64,000 nt of DNA from Capsulimonadaceae bacterium (GTDB lineage Bacteria > Armatimonadota > Armatimonadia > Armatimonadales > Capsulimonadaceae), in the NCBI GenBank assembly GCA_965215505.1, contig OZ244065.1, forward strand, positions 5,120,001-5,184,000, read 5' to 3'. Under the pieces are notes generated by a model. It was given only the letters and a program-made list of their open reading frames with translations. It was not told the origin of the DNA and did no database searches. The first letter of the stretch is position 1, and every line of letters starts with the position of its first letter. Below are positions 39,281-48,919 of the stretch, piece after piece. The position numbers and the translations under genes are program-made.

Positions 39281-39871
39281 TCAGCGTATCTCCGCGATGC
39301 CCGCGCGGCTCTCGCCGACGAACAGCGTCAGCGGCCTGTCGTCCGCCCCGACGACCAGCCACCAGTGGCCGGCGAAGGTGTGTATGTCGCGGGTCCCGCT
39401 GGGCGCAAGCGCCCCATAAGGCTTCCGGGTGCCATCTTCGGTGAACTCGATGGCGTCGAACGGCAGCCGCTCACCCTCGTAGGCGTGTCCCGACGCCGCC
39501 GATAGGGCAGCGGCCAGCCGGGCGTGGTCGAAGGCCGGGGCGCGGACGCCCTTCGCCGCATCCACCAGGAGGAACTCCCGCCGCCCCCGCAGCAGCGCAT
39601 TACGATACCAAAAGCGGGCGTCCCCCCCAAATCAGTGCCGCTCCAGATGCGTCTTGAACACGCGCTGTCGCGTCATCTCCCCGTAGTCCGCTGACCGCCC
39701 GAACGACGCGGCGACCCCGGCCCGGTTGGGCCGGTAGGGGCGCGGCGTTCCCGCATGAGTGTGGACGGTAGGTTTGGCCGCGCCGGTCTGCCCCGCCAGC
39801 AGCGCCGCGCCGCTCGCCAATGTCGCCTGCTTCAAGAACCGCCGCCGCGAGATCGTCTTCTGCACGGTCAC
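39281..39871 (-). pseudogene. Remnant of a Tat-exported S9/DPP-IV-type peptidase N-terminus
   Basis: SRRRFLK Tat motif; ...VFKTHLERH*FGGDARFWYR...EFLLVDAAKGVRAPAFDHARLAAALS...LPF read in one frame with a TGA at 39632-39634; no catalytic domain follows. Confidence 0.65.
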
Positions 39872-39884
39872 CTTTTACGCGCCT

Positions 39885-40133
39885 TTACTGCTTCAAGGGC
39901 GGCAACTCCGCCTCACCTTGGTTGAGCCATCGCTTCAGCGCGAAAGCTGCGCCCCAGCACAGAAACGCGCCCAGCAGAGGCAAGAACACTATGTTATCAT
40001 TAGGTTTCGGGGTACTTGGCAGGCTATCTCCGCCGACAAAAACATAAGCCACGAAAAGGCAGAACGCCGTTCCGGAAAAGAATAAGCCTCTCGTCAGCCT
40101 GATCATCATGATGAACCACACCCTACCCCTCAT
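39885..40133 (-). CDS. Small membrane hypothetical protein
   Basis: Two hydrophobic segments; start adjacent to the Uma2 stop. Confidence 0.4.
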   Translation of the reverse strand: MRGRVWFIMMIRLTRGLFFSGTAFCLFVAYVFVGGDSLPSTPKPNDNIVFLPLLGAFLCWGAAFALKRWLNQGEAELPPLKQ

Positions 40134-40134
40134 G

Positions 40135-40734
40135 TCAGATCCCCTGTTCCTCCTCAAACTCGATCAGCGCATAGATGTCCGCCAGCGGCAGCGTCGTCTC
40201 CACGGAGGGGAGGTACACGCCGCTTCTCAGACCCGTGATGACCCGGAAGTCCCAATGGTCGCCGTTCAGGCTGTAGTGAAGGATGCGGGCCTCATCCTGC
40301 ACCACCAGCAGATAGTCCGCGAGGGTGGGGATGGTCTGGTAGTGGTCGAACTTTTGGCCCCGGTCGTAGTCCCCGGTAGAGTCCGACAGCACTTCGACGA
40401 TCAGCAGAGGGTTCGTAATGACATCCGTCCTGCCACGGTGGTAGCGGCGCGGGCCGCAGACGACCGATACGTCGGGCAGGGTGTTCACGCCGTCGCCGGT
40501 GTGGACCTTCATGTCCGAGCCATAGACGCGGCACCGGCGGGGAATCAGCGCGATGCCGAGTGTTCGGACGATATTACCGGAGATCATGTTGTGGTCATCC
40601 GTGCCGCCGGCCATCGCGCGGATCTCGCCGTTCACATACTCCCAGCGGCCGAAGGCGGTGCGCTCGAACTCGAAGTATTCGTCTTCGGTGTAAGTCTCCT
40701 TTTCGATCTGTTGGTATCGCAGGGGCAGTGCCAT
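40135..40734 (-). CDS. Uma2-family endonuclease
   Basis: EYVNGEIRAMAGG, PDVSVVC, PLLIVEVLSDST..YDRGQKF. Confidence 0.92.
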   Translation of the reverse strand: MALPLRYQQIEKETYTEDEYFEFERTAFGRWEYVNGEIRAMAGGTDDHNMISGNIVRTLGIALIPRRCRVYGSDMKVHTGDGVNTLPDVSVVCGPRRYHRGRTDVITNPLLIVEVLSDSTGDYDRGQKFDHYQTIPTLADYLLVVQDEARILHYSLNGDHWDFRVITGLRSGVYLPSVETTLPLADIYALIEFEEEQGI

Positions 40735-40755
40735 CGGGTGTTTCCTTCCAAGCCA

Positions 40756-41967
40756 TCAGGATGCAGGCGCGGGACAGATTTCGGCATAGAGCGCTTGAAG
40801 CAGGTCAAGCTGGCGCTCGCGTGAGAAATCCTTGAAGACGACGCGCCGCCCGGCCTCCCCGAACGCCGCCCGGCGGGCTGCCCCCTCGGCGGAGTCCAGC
40901 AGCCATTCCAGCGCCCCGGACAGGGCAGGCGCGTCACCGGGCGGGACGAGCAGGCCGCTGACTCCGTCCCGGACGACCTCGCGGCAGCCGCCGATGCTGG
41001 TGGCGACGGTGGGCAGGCCCGCCGCCATCGCTTCGGCCAAGGCCAGCCCGAACGATTCGTCGCGCGGCAGGTGAACCAGCACATCCAGGGCGGGGAGTAG
41101 GGCGGGCACGTCCTCGCGCGGGCCGGTGAAGTGCAGGCGGTCCGCAAGACCGGCGGCTTCGGCCTGGGCCGTCAGCCGCGCCTGTTCCCCCGACCTTCCC
41201 TCGCTGCCGATCAGGACTAGATGCAGAGTAGGGTGTGCCCGCGCTAGGGCCGGGGCGACTTCAAGGAGGGCCGCCTGCCCCTTCGCGTCCAGCCGCCCGA
41301 TCATCCCCAGCACGAGCGCGTCCTCGGGGATGCCCCATTGCTGCCGTGCCAGCAGCCGCTGCGCCCGCGCTTGGGGGGTGCAGGGTGCGGCGATCTCATT
41401 GAGGTCAATCCCATTGTAGATCAGGTGAACGAGGGTGGGGGGGAACCGGTGATCGTGGCGCAGGCGGTCGCCGACCGTCCCCGATACGGCGACGACGGCG
41501 TCCGTGCCCCAGCCAAAGAAGATGCCGGCGAGGCGCGGCGGCTCGCCCAGAGGCCGAACCATGTGGGCGTGCAGGACCAGCCGGGCGCATCGGGCGAGCC
41601 TGACGCCGAGGACGGCGACGACGTAATCCCGGCGTGAGTGGGAGTGGACGACGTCTACGCCGTGGAGGCGGATGAGCCGGGCCAGACGCCAGGCCGCCCC
41701 CAGGTCGCCGCTGTTGCGGACCGCGAACGGCAGGGTGGGGATGCCGCGCTCCCGGCACCAGGCGTCGAGGTAGCTGCCGGGCGGGCAGGCGAACGTGAGC
41801 AGGACGCCGCGCGCGCGGAGCGCGGCGGCCAGCTCCACCGAGTGCCGCTCAATTCCCCCCTGGCTGCCCGTACTGGCCAGGAACAGGACGCGCGGGGATG
41901 CTTGCCCATCGGAGCGGATGGTGGGACCGCCGACTGGGCGGGCGATGGGATTACTGACGCTCCGCAT
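40756..41967 (-). CDS. Glycosyltransferase family 4
   Basis: GGIERH, IYNGID, GRLDAKG, ESFGLALAEAMAAG. Confidence 0.92.
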   Translation of the reverse strand: MRSVSNPIARPVGGPTIRSDGQASPRVLFLASTGSQGGIERHSVELAAALRARGVLLTFACPPGSYLDAWCRERGIPTLPFAVRNSGDLGAAWRLARLIRLHGVDVVHSHSRRDYVVAVLGVRLARCARLVLHAHMVRPLGEPPRLAGIFFGWGTDAVVAVSGTVGDRLRHDHRFPPTLVHLIYNGIDLNEIAAPCTPQARAQRLLARQQWGIPEDALVLGMIGRLDAKGQAALLEVAPALARAHPTLHLVLIGSEGRSGEQARLTAQAEAAGLADRLHFTGPREDVPALLPALDVLVHLPRDESFGLALAEAMAAGLPTVATSIGGCREVVRDGVSGLLVPPGDAPALSGALEWLLDSAEGAARRAAFGEAGRRVVFKDFSRERQLDLLQALYAEICPAPAS

Positions 41968-42961
41968 ACCACTGGCGCATGAATTGCTGATATTCCTGCC
42001 CTTTTTCCTTGATCGCCCGCCACCAGCCCTCGTTGGCCTGATACCAGGCCACTGTCTCCCGCAGCCGCTCCTCGAACAACTCCGGGTGCGGGGTGTACCC
42101 CAGGGCGCGAATCTTCGCGCAGTCCAGCGAATACCGGCGGTCGTGGCCGGGCCGGTCCTTGACGTAGTGGATCAACGACTCGGGCTTGCCCAGGGCGTCC
42201 AGGAGCAGCCTGACGATCTCCATGTTGGGCCGGTCGTTCTCGCCGCCCACGTTGTAGACCTCCCCCGGCGTGCCCAGGTGCAAGGCGGTGTCTATGCCCT
42301 GGCAGTGTTCCAGAACGTACAGCCAGTCCCGCACCTGTTGGCCGTCCCCGTAGACCGGCACCGGCAGGTCGTCCAAGAGGTTCGTGATGAACAGCGGGAT
42401 CAGTTTCTCCGGATAGTGGTATGGCCCGAAGGTGTTCGACCCGCGCGTGACGATGGTGGGCAGCCCGAACGTCTGGTGGTACGCCCGCACCATCAGCTCG
42501 CCGCCCGCCTTGGCCGCCGAGTAGGGCTGGTTCGGCTCCAGTGCGTCCCCCTCGCGGAAGACGCCATCCGTCGTCCCATACGATTCGTCCGTAGAAATCT
42601 GGTGGAACCGCTCGTGCCCGAACTTGCGGGCGGCTTCCAGCAGGACGCAGACGCCGTTGAAGTTGGCCCGGACCGCACTATCCGGGTCCAGGATGGCGCG
42701 GTCGTTGTGGGACTCGGCGGCGAAGTTGACGATGGCCTGGGCGTTCTGCGCCAGGTTCTCTACCAGAGGCGCGTCGTTGATGTCGCCCTGGACGAACAGG
42801 AAGTTCGGGTTCGCCCAGACGTCGGCCAGGTTCGCCCTGTTGCCGGCGTAGGTCAGCGCGTCCAGCACGATGACCCGGTAGTCCGGGTACTTGCCGAGCA
42901 GGAAGCGGACGAAGTGGGAGCCGATGAAGCCCGCGCCGCCCGTGACGATCAGTGTCTGCAT
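41951..42961 (-). CDS. rmlB: dTDP-glucose 4,6-dehydratase
   Basis: TGGAGFIGS, DALTYAG, AAESH, STDE, YSAAK, DRPGHDRRY. Confidence 0.95.
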   Translation of the reverse strand: MQTLIVTGGAGFIGSHFVRFLLGKYPDYRVIVLDALTYAGNRANLADVWANPNFLFVQGDINDAPLVENLAQNAQAIVNFAAESHNDRAILDPDSAVRANFNGVCVLLEAARKFGHERFHQISTDESYGTTDGVFREGDALEPNQPYSAAKAGGELMVRAYHQTFGLPTIVTRGSNTFGPYHYPEKLIPLFITNLLDDLPVPVYGDGQQVRDWLYVLEHCQGIDTALHLGTPGEVYNVGGENDRPNMEIVRLLLDALGKPESLIHYVKDRPGHDRRYSLDCAKIRALGYTPHPELFEERLRETVAWYQANEGWWRAIKEKGQEYQQFMRQWYAERQ

Positions 42962-42976
42962 GGTTTTTGAAGGCTT

Positions 42977-43360
42977 TTAAAGGCCGAACCGCCCAAGAAG
43001 CCCGCCTAGCATCCCGCCCCCGGCGGCTTCGCCCCCCTGCGCCGCGCTGCCGCCCAGTACCGACCCCAGAAGCCCCTGGGCGGCGGGGAACCGGCTGGCG
43101 ACCATCTGCATCACCTCGGGGTGCGCCCGCGCCAGGGCCAGCGTCGTTGCCACCAGGTCCCCGTGCGACATCTGGCTCGGGTCCGTCGTGCCGACCCCCG
43201 CCTGCCCCAGCAGGCTCTGGACGTTCACGCCCTGGCCGCCGAGGTGCCCCAGGGCCTCACTCAGCATGTCCTTGTGCGCGTCCTGGGCCTCGGGGTCCGC
43301 CTGCGCCACCGCCTGCGCCGCGTCGCCCCGCCCGTCATCGTCCTGATCGTCGTATGCCAT
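42977..43360 (-). CDS. Hypothetical Gly-rich protein
   Basis: GAGGAG RBS before MAYDDQ; GGLLG-type C-terminus. Confidence 0.55.
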   Translation of the reverse strand: MAYDDQDDDGRGDAAQAVAQADPEAQDAHKDMLSEALGHLGGQGVNVQSLLGQAGVGTTDPSQMSHGDLVATTLALARAHPEVMQMVASRFPAAQGLLGSVLGGSAAQGGEAAGGGMLGGLLGRFGL

Positions 43361-43527
43361 TGGTTTTCTCCTCATCCCGGATGATTGTACGCTTATTATA
43401 TCATATTTTCACCGCCGCGTGTGTCATAAGGCCGACGCCGCCGAGGGGCACCCGCCCGCCCTCATCCGCTTGACTTTGCTGCGAACACATGCTAAGATGC
43501 GTCGCATCCGTGGCAAGGAGCAGCAGC

Positions 43528-44025
43528 ATGACACAAAAGGACCCCACACCGAAAGATTCCACACCGAAAGACTCCAAAGCCGCCTTCACCCTGCAAGGGG
43601 CGCTGACGTTCGCCGTCGCCGTGTTGGTGCTGATCGGCTACGCCGTCTTCGTCGGGTATATGTGGGGTGAGGGGGCGACCACGAACGAAACCGCCTGGAA
43701 CCGCGCCGTGTTCCTCTTCACGGGCGTGGAAACCATCGTGTTCGCCGCCGTCGGGTTCCTGTTCGGCAAGGAAGTACACCGGCAGCAGGCGGTGAACGCG
43801 GAGGACCGCGCCAAAGACGCTGAAGCCGACGCCAAAGACTCTCGGGCGAAAGGGGCAAAAGGGGAGGCGCTTGCGGCGGCGGTGAAAGGGCTGGCCGCCG
43901 GCGCGTCCACTCACCAGGGAACGTCCAAAGCGGCGGTGACGGGTGGGGGCACTTCTGCGGACGCCGCCGACTCGCCGCACCCGCTTACTGCCCTGGCCGC
44001 CATGGCGAATGAGCTGTTCCCGTAA
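43528..44025 (+). CDS. Hypothetical 2-TM membrane protein
   Basis: AAGGAG RBS; two TMs, AAVGFLFGKEV, then coiled coil. Confidence 0.65.
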   Translation: MTQKDPTPKDSTPKDSKAAFTLQGALTFAVAVLVLIGYAVFVGYMWGEGATTNETAWNRAVFLFTGVETIVFAAVGFLFGKEVHRQQAVNAEDRAKDAEADAKDSRAKGAKGEALAAAVKGLAAGASTHQGTSKAAVTGGGTSADAADSPHPLTALAAMANELFP

Positions 44026-44054
44026 GCACCTGGAGGCCACTGAGGGCCTCTAGC

Positions 44055-44603
44055 TCATGGCTTCGGCGTCACCCCATGCGCCTGCACGGTCGCGATGAAG
44101 TTCTTGGCGTCGGCGACGTGCTGGCCCTGGGGGAATTTCTGGAGGTACTGCTGCCAGATGGCGATGGCGCGCTTGCTGTCGCCCAGGACGGCGTAGGCGC
44201 TGGCCTCGTTGAACAGACTGTTCTCGTGCTGGGGGTTCTGGCGCTGGGCGATGACGTACTGCTCCAGGGCCTTTTTGGGCTGGGAGGACTTGAAATAAGC
44301 GACGCCCAGGTCGGTGCGGATGTCGGGGTCGTCCAGGCCGCCCGCGATGGCCTCGTTGTAGGCGGTGATGGCCTGCGGCCACTGGCCATGGTCCTCGTAC
44401 CCGTTGCCTAGCTCCCGTGCGGCTTGGGCACTCACGCTGCGGCTCGAAGCGGCCTGCGCCAAGGCGGGCCGCAGGGCCAGGTAAGTCCCCCCCGACCCAA
44501 GCGCCGCGCAGATTATCCCCACAGCGACGGTGACCGGCCATGAGACTCTGGCTCCCCCGGAACTAGGGGCGGGGTGGGCAGCTCTGCGAGTCTTGCGCGC
44601 CAC
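44055..44603 (-). CDS. Membrane-anchored TPR protein
   Basis: N-terminal TM; TPR patterns ELGNGY, TDLGVAY, AIAIWQQYL. Confidence 0.82.
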   Translation of the reverse strand: MARKTRRAAHPAPSSGGARVSWPVTVAVGIICAALGSGGTYLALRPALAQAASSRSVSAQAARELGNGYEDHGQWPQAITAYNEAIAGGLDDPDIRTDLGVAYFKSSQPKKALEQYVIAQRQNPQHENSLFNEASAYAVLGDSKRAIAIWQQYLQKFPQGQHVADAKNFIATVQAHGVTPKP

Positions 44604-46612
44604 TATGACCTCGCCCCCACCGGCATCTTCTCCGTCATCATCTCCGGCATCTTTTCGGGCGCGCCTTTGCCGTTCCCATTGCCCTTCGACCGCGAGGCCG
44701 GGCGAGGCGGCATCTGCGTCAGCGCCCGGTGCGCGACCTCGTCCGCCGTCAGGCCCGCCCCGGCGCGCAGGGTGGGGATGGGGCCGTGTTCGATGAAGTG
44801 GTCGGGCAGGCCGACCAGCGAGACGGGGATCAGGACCGCATTTGCGGCCAGAAGCTCCAGGACGGCGGAGCCGAAGCCGCCGTGCGCGATGCCGTCCTCG
44901 ACCGTCACGACCGAACCGCAGCGGCGGGCGGCGGCGAGGATCGTCTCGGCGTCCAGAGGCTTGCAGAAGCGGGCGTTGAGGACGGTCGCATGCACCCCCT
45001 GGTCGGCCAGCTTGTCGGCGGCGTCCAGGGCGATCTTGACGCCCGCGCCCAGGGCGACGAGGGCCACGTCGCCCCCCTCGCGCAGTGTTTCGGCCCGGCC
45101 CAGCTCGATCTCGCTGGTCTTCCCCACGTCGGGCGGGAGCGGGTCCTGGCCGCCGCGCGGGTAGCGGACGGCGATGGGGCCAGCCTCGTAGGCCAGGGCG
45201 AAGCGGGTCATGGCGCGCATCTCGTCCGTGTCCTTGGGGGACAGGAGGACCAGGTTCGGGACGCAGCGCAGGTAGGCCAGGTCGAAGACTCCGTGGTGCG
45301 TTCCGCCGTCGTCGCCCACCAGCCCTGCCCTATCCAGGAAGAAGCGCACGGGGAGGTGCTGCAAGGCCACGTCGTGGATGATCGGATCGTAAGCCCGCTG
45401 CAAGAAGGTTGAATAGATCGCCGCCACGGGCTTCAGCCCTTCGGCGGCCAGGCCCGCCGCGAAGACGACCGCGTGCTGCTCGGCGATGCCGACATCAAAG
45501 AACCGCTCGGGGTGCAGCTTGGCGAACTTGTTCAGACCGGTCCCGTCCGGCATGGCCGCCGTGATGCCGATGATCTTGTCGTCGGTCTCGGCCAGGTCGT
45601 TCAGGGTCTCAACGAAGGCGTCGGTGAAGGAAACGCCCGGTGCCTTCGGCTCGGTCCGGCCGTCGTCCGGGCTGAACTTGCCTAGGCCGTGGTAGGTGCG
45701 CGAGTTCGCCTCGGCATAGGGAATGCCTTTGCCCTTGACGGTCAGGACATGCACCAGGACCGGGCCTTTAAGCCGCTTGACGTGCTTGAAGACGTTGATC
45801 AGGTTGTCCAGATTGTGGCCGTCGATCGGCCCGATATAAGTGAAGCCCATCTCCTCGAACAGCAGGCCCGTGTGGGCGGGCGTCGCGAAGTGGGTCGCCG
45901 TGTGCTTGGCGGCCTTGGCCGCCTTCTTTATAATCCGGCTGCCGACCGGCATCCCAGCGATCATCCGCTTGGCCGTGTTCTCCCCGGCTTGATACAGCGG
46001 CTCCATCCGCAGCTTGGCGAGGTAGGAGGCCAGCGCGCCGACGTTCTCCGCGATGGACATCTCGTTGTCGTTCAGCACGATGGTGATGTCGGTGCCGTCG
46101 TCGGCGGCATTGTTCAGACCTTCCAAAGCCATCCCGCCGGTCAGCGCGCCGTCGCCGATGAGGGCCAGGACGGAGTTCTTCGCCCCCCGGAAGTCGCGCG
46201 CCTTGGCGAAACCCATCGCCGCCGAGATGGACGTGGAGGCGTGGCCCGCGCCGAACAGGTCATACGGCGACTCGTCTATCCGCAGGAACCCGGACAGCCC
46301 GCCGTGCTGCCGGATCGTCGGCAACTGCTCGCGCCGGCCCGTCAATATCTTGTGAACGTACCCCTGATGCCCCACGTCCCAGATCAGCTTGTCTTTGGGG
46401 ATATCATAGACTTTGTGCAGGGCCAGCGTCAGCTCAACGACGCCCAACGAGGGCGCGAGGTGGCCGCCAGTCTTGGCTACGGTTTCGGTGAGGTAGACGC
46501 GGATCTCCTGCGCCAAGGCGCGCATCTCGTCCGGGGACAGGCGCTTGAGGTCGTCGGGGCTGTTGATGCCGTCGAGCAGGCGGCGTTCGGTCGGCGTGGC
46601 TTGGCTCTCCAT
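44603..46612 (-). CDS. dxs: 1-deoxy-D-xylulose-5-phosphate synthase
   Basis: GGHLAPSLGVVEL, WDVGHQ, GDGALTGG, NDNEMSI, DVGIAEQHAV, DRAGLVG. Confidence 0.96.
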   Translation of the reverse strand: MESQATPTERRLLDGINSPDDLKRLSPDEMRALAQEIRVYLTETVAKTGGHLAPSLGVVELTLALHKVYDIPKDKLIWDVGHQGYVHKILTGRREQLPTIRQHGGLSGFLRIDESPYDLFGAGHASTSISAAMGFAKARDFRGAKNSVLALIGDGALTGGMALEGLNNAADDGTDITIVLNDNEMSIAENVGALASYLAKLRMEPLYQAGENTAKRMIAGMPVGSRIIKKAAKAAKHTATHFATPAHTGLLFEEMGFTYIGPIDGHNLDNLINVFKHVKRLKGPVLVHVLTVKGKGIPYAEANSRTYHGLGKFSPDDGRTEPKAPGVSFTDAFVETLNDLAETDDKIIGITAAMPDGTGLNKFAKLHPERFFDVGIAEQHAVVFAAGLAAEGLKPVAAIYSTFLQRAYDPIIHDVALQHLPVRFFLDRAGLVGDDGGTHHGVFDLAYLRCVPNLVLLSPKDTDEMRAMTRFALAYEAGPIAVRYPRGGQDPLPPDVGKTSEIELGRAETLREGGDVALVALGAGVKIALDAADKLADQGVHATVLNARFCKPLDAETILAAARRCGSVVTVEDGIAHGGFGSAVLELLAANAVLIPVSLVGLPDHFIEHGPIPTLRAGAGLTADEVAHRALTQMPPRPASRSKGNGNGKGAPEKMPEMMTEKMPVGARS

Positions 46613-46813
46613 GCGGGGGCACTTCTTTCTGAGCGGTTCCGTCCTGGGAACGGGGAAGGCGTGGAATACTGTGATAATACCTAGTCGGGATTTGTCTGTC
46701 AATGTTATACCCGGCTTTGTCGCTTTATTTCACAAAGTAGTTTGCGGATATAAAAATAAATGCCACGTTCTCGCGTGTGCTATACTGTTCCTACCGCTCA
46801 CGGAGAACCCGCC

Positions 46814-48864
46814 ATGCCCCGGCCCCTCATCCTCGCTCTGGCCCTCGCCCTGCTCCTGCCCGTCCTACCGGTCACGGCGGGCGAGAACCGCCTGTGGCTG
46901 GCCTCCCAGTCCGATTTCGGCGCGAGGCGCGGCTTCTACCTCGCATTTGAGAACCATGCGCCGGATGGGACGCCGCCCAAGCTCGCCACTCTGCGGCTCA
47001 TCCTGGGTGTCGCCGACGGCAAGACCTGGAGTTTCCTGGACGACACGCCGGTCTGGGAGTACGGGCACGATTACCACGCTCAAGCGGTCATCGCGCCGGG
47101 ACACGCCGAGCTGTGGGTGGACGGGCAGAAGATCAAGGGAACCGACCAGGCCCTGATGCCTGATCCGAGCGGCACGCTGACGGCGGGGCTGATCCCGGCT
47201 GGGCCGGCGTTCCCGCCGAGTATTTGATGCTCGAAAGGTCTTGTACTCTGACTACTCAGGGCGGCAAGACGCTGGCAGTCCCCCTCCCGGACATGACGGC
47301 CCTGCCGCCCGCCCTGACACTGTTCGAGCCGCAGGCACCCGTCGGGGTGCCGTTCCTGTCGGACCCTGCCAGGACACTGACGGTTGACGTGACCTTCCGT
47401 ATCGTCCCGCGCCCCGCCGACCCCCGCACGCTGGCTCCCTTCGTGGACAAATACGGCCAGCCCGTCGCCGCCCGCTACCCCGGCAAGATCACGAGTGACG
47501 CCCAACTCGCCGCCACCGCGCGCGAAGAGACGCGCCGGATGGCGGCCTGGGGGCGGCCTGCGAAGCGAGACGCTTATGGCGGCGACCTGGGGACGGGCTG
47601 GCAGGAGCCGCCGGCCGGCTACTACCGCACCGTCCAGAAGAACGGCTATTGGTGGCTGCTGACGCCGCTCGGCCACCCCTGCTTCTACACGGGCCTGTGT
47701 ACCGCGCCCGCCCTGGCCTGGGACAAGACGCCGACCACGGGCCGTGAGTGGGTCTGGGAGTCGCTGCCGCTACGCACCGGGGTGTCGGCATCGGCCTGGG
47801 CCAAGAACAGTTGGGGGGAGGCCGGGGACACCGACTATTTCGCCCCGCACGCGGCAAACATGCTCCGCAAGTACGGGCCGGACTGGCAAACGTCGGAGAA
47901 GACGCGCACCGTGCGTCGCCTGCAAACCTGGGGGTTCAGCGGCCTGGGCAAGTGGTGTGACCCCTCGCCGGGCACCCCAGACCTCCCCGTCCTGTCCCTA
48001 GGCGGCGTTCCGAAACTCACCCGCCATGCGGACGTGTTCGATGCCGCCGTCCAGGCCGCATTGCGGGCCGCGCTGGAGAAGCAGATCGCACCGCGCCGGA
48101 CTGATCCGGCCGTCGTCGGCTGGTCCATCGGCAACGAGTATGACGAGATCATCACGCCCCAGGAAATCAAGGACATCCTGGCAAAACCGGACAGCATCCC
48201 CGCCCGCCGCGCGCTGCTGGACGAGGCCCGCGCGCACCTGACCCAGAGTGACCCGGCGAAGTTCACTGAGGCCGACATCGAATACCTGCGCCGCTTCTAT
48301 GCCGACCGCTACTACGATTTTCTATACCGCACGGTCAAGACGATTGACCCGAACCACCTCTACCTCGGCTTCTGGATCTCCATCGGCTGGTGGGTGAACG
48401 AGGAAGACTGGCGGCTGATCGCCCGCCACTGCGATGTCGTCGGCTACGACAACTACAGCCGGCCCTTCGCCGCCCCGGACTTTGCCAGGCTGCTTCGCGA
48501 GGCCGGAAAACCCGCCCTGTGCGGCGAGTTCTCTTTCCCACCCACCTATGGCGGCACGCGCGGCATCGGCGTCTACGACGCCGCCCACTCCATGGATGAC
48601 GCCGACGCGGGTCGCCAGTACGGGCGCCGGGTGGGTGAGGCCGCTCGGAACCCCGCCTGCGTCGGCGTCTGCTGGTTCCAGTACCGCGACGAGCCGGTCA
48701 CGGGCCGCGGGCCGGGTCGCGGTCCTGACCTGGTCTACGGCGAACATTACGCCTTCGGCCTGGTGGACGTGACGGACACGCCGAAATGGGAACTGGTGAC
48801 GCAGATCCGCGCGGAGAATCTGGCGGTGGACGGCCAGCGGCGGGCGGCGATGCAGGCGAAATAG
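46814..48864 (+). pseudogene. Secreted clan GH-A glycoside hydrolase (GH50/beta-agarase-like), split by a single frameshift near 47198
   Basis: Signal-peptide ORF 46814-47227 plus ORF 47224-48864 (WWLLTPLG, RLQTWGF, IGNE, GEFSF, WFQYRDEP, FGLVDVTD). The second frame is open upstream as WAGVPAEYL from 47200. Confidence 0.7.
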
Positions 48865-48919
48865 ATGCGGCCGGCACTGGAAGTGCCGGCCTATCACTGA
48901 GTGGAACGCGCTCCCGCCT

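Noticed and set aside
39632-39634. TGA recoding to Trp or Sec
   Set aside because: TGA is an ordinary stop in many genes here, and the gene is also truncated.
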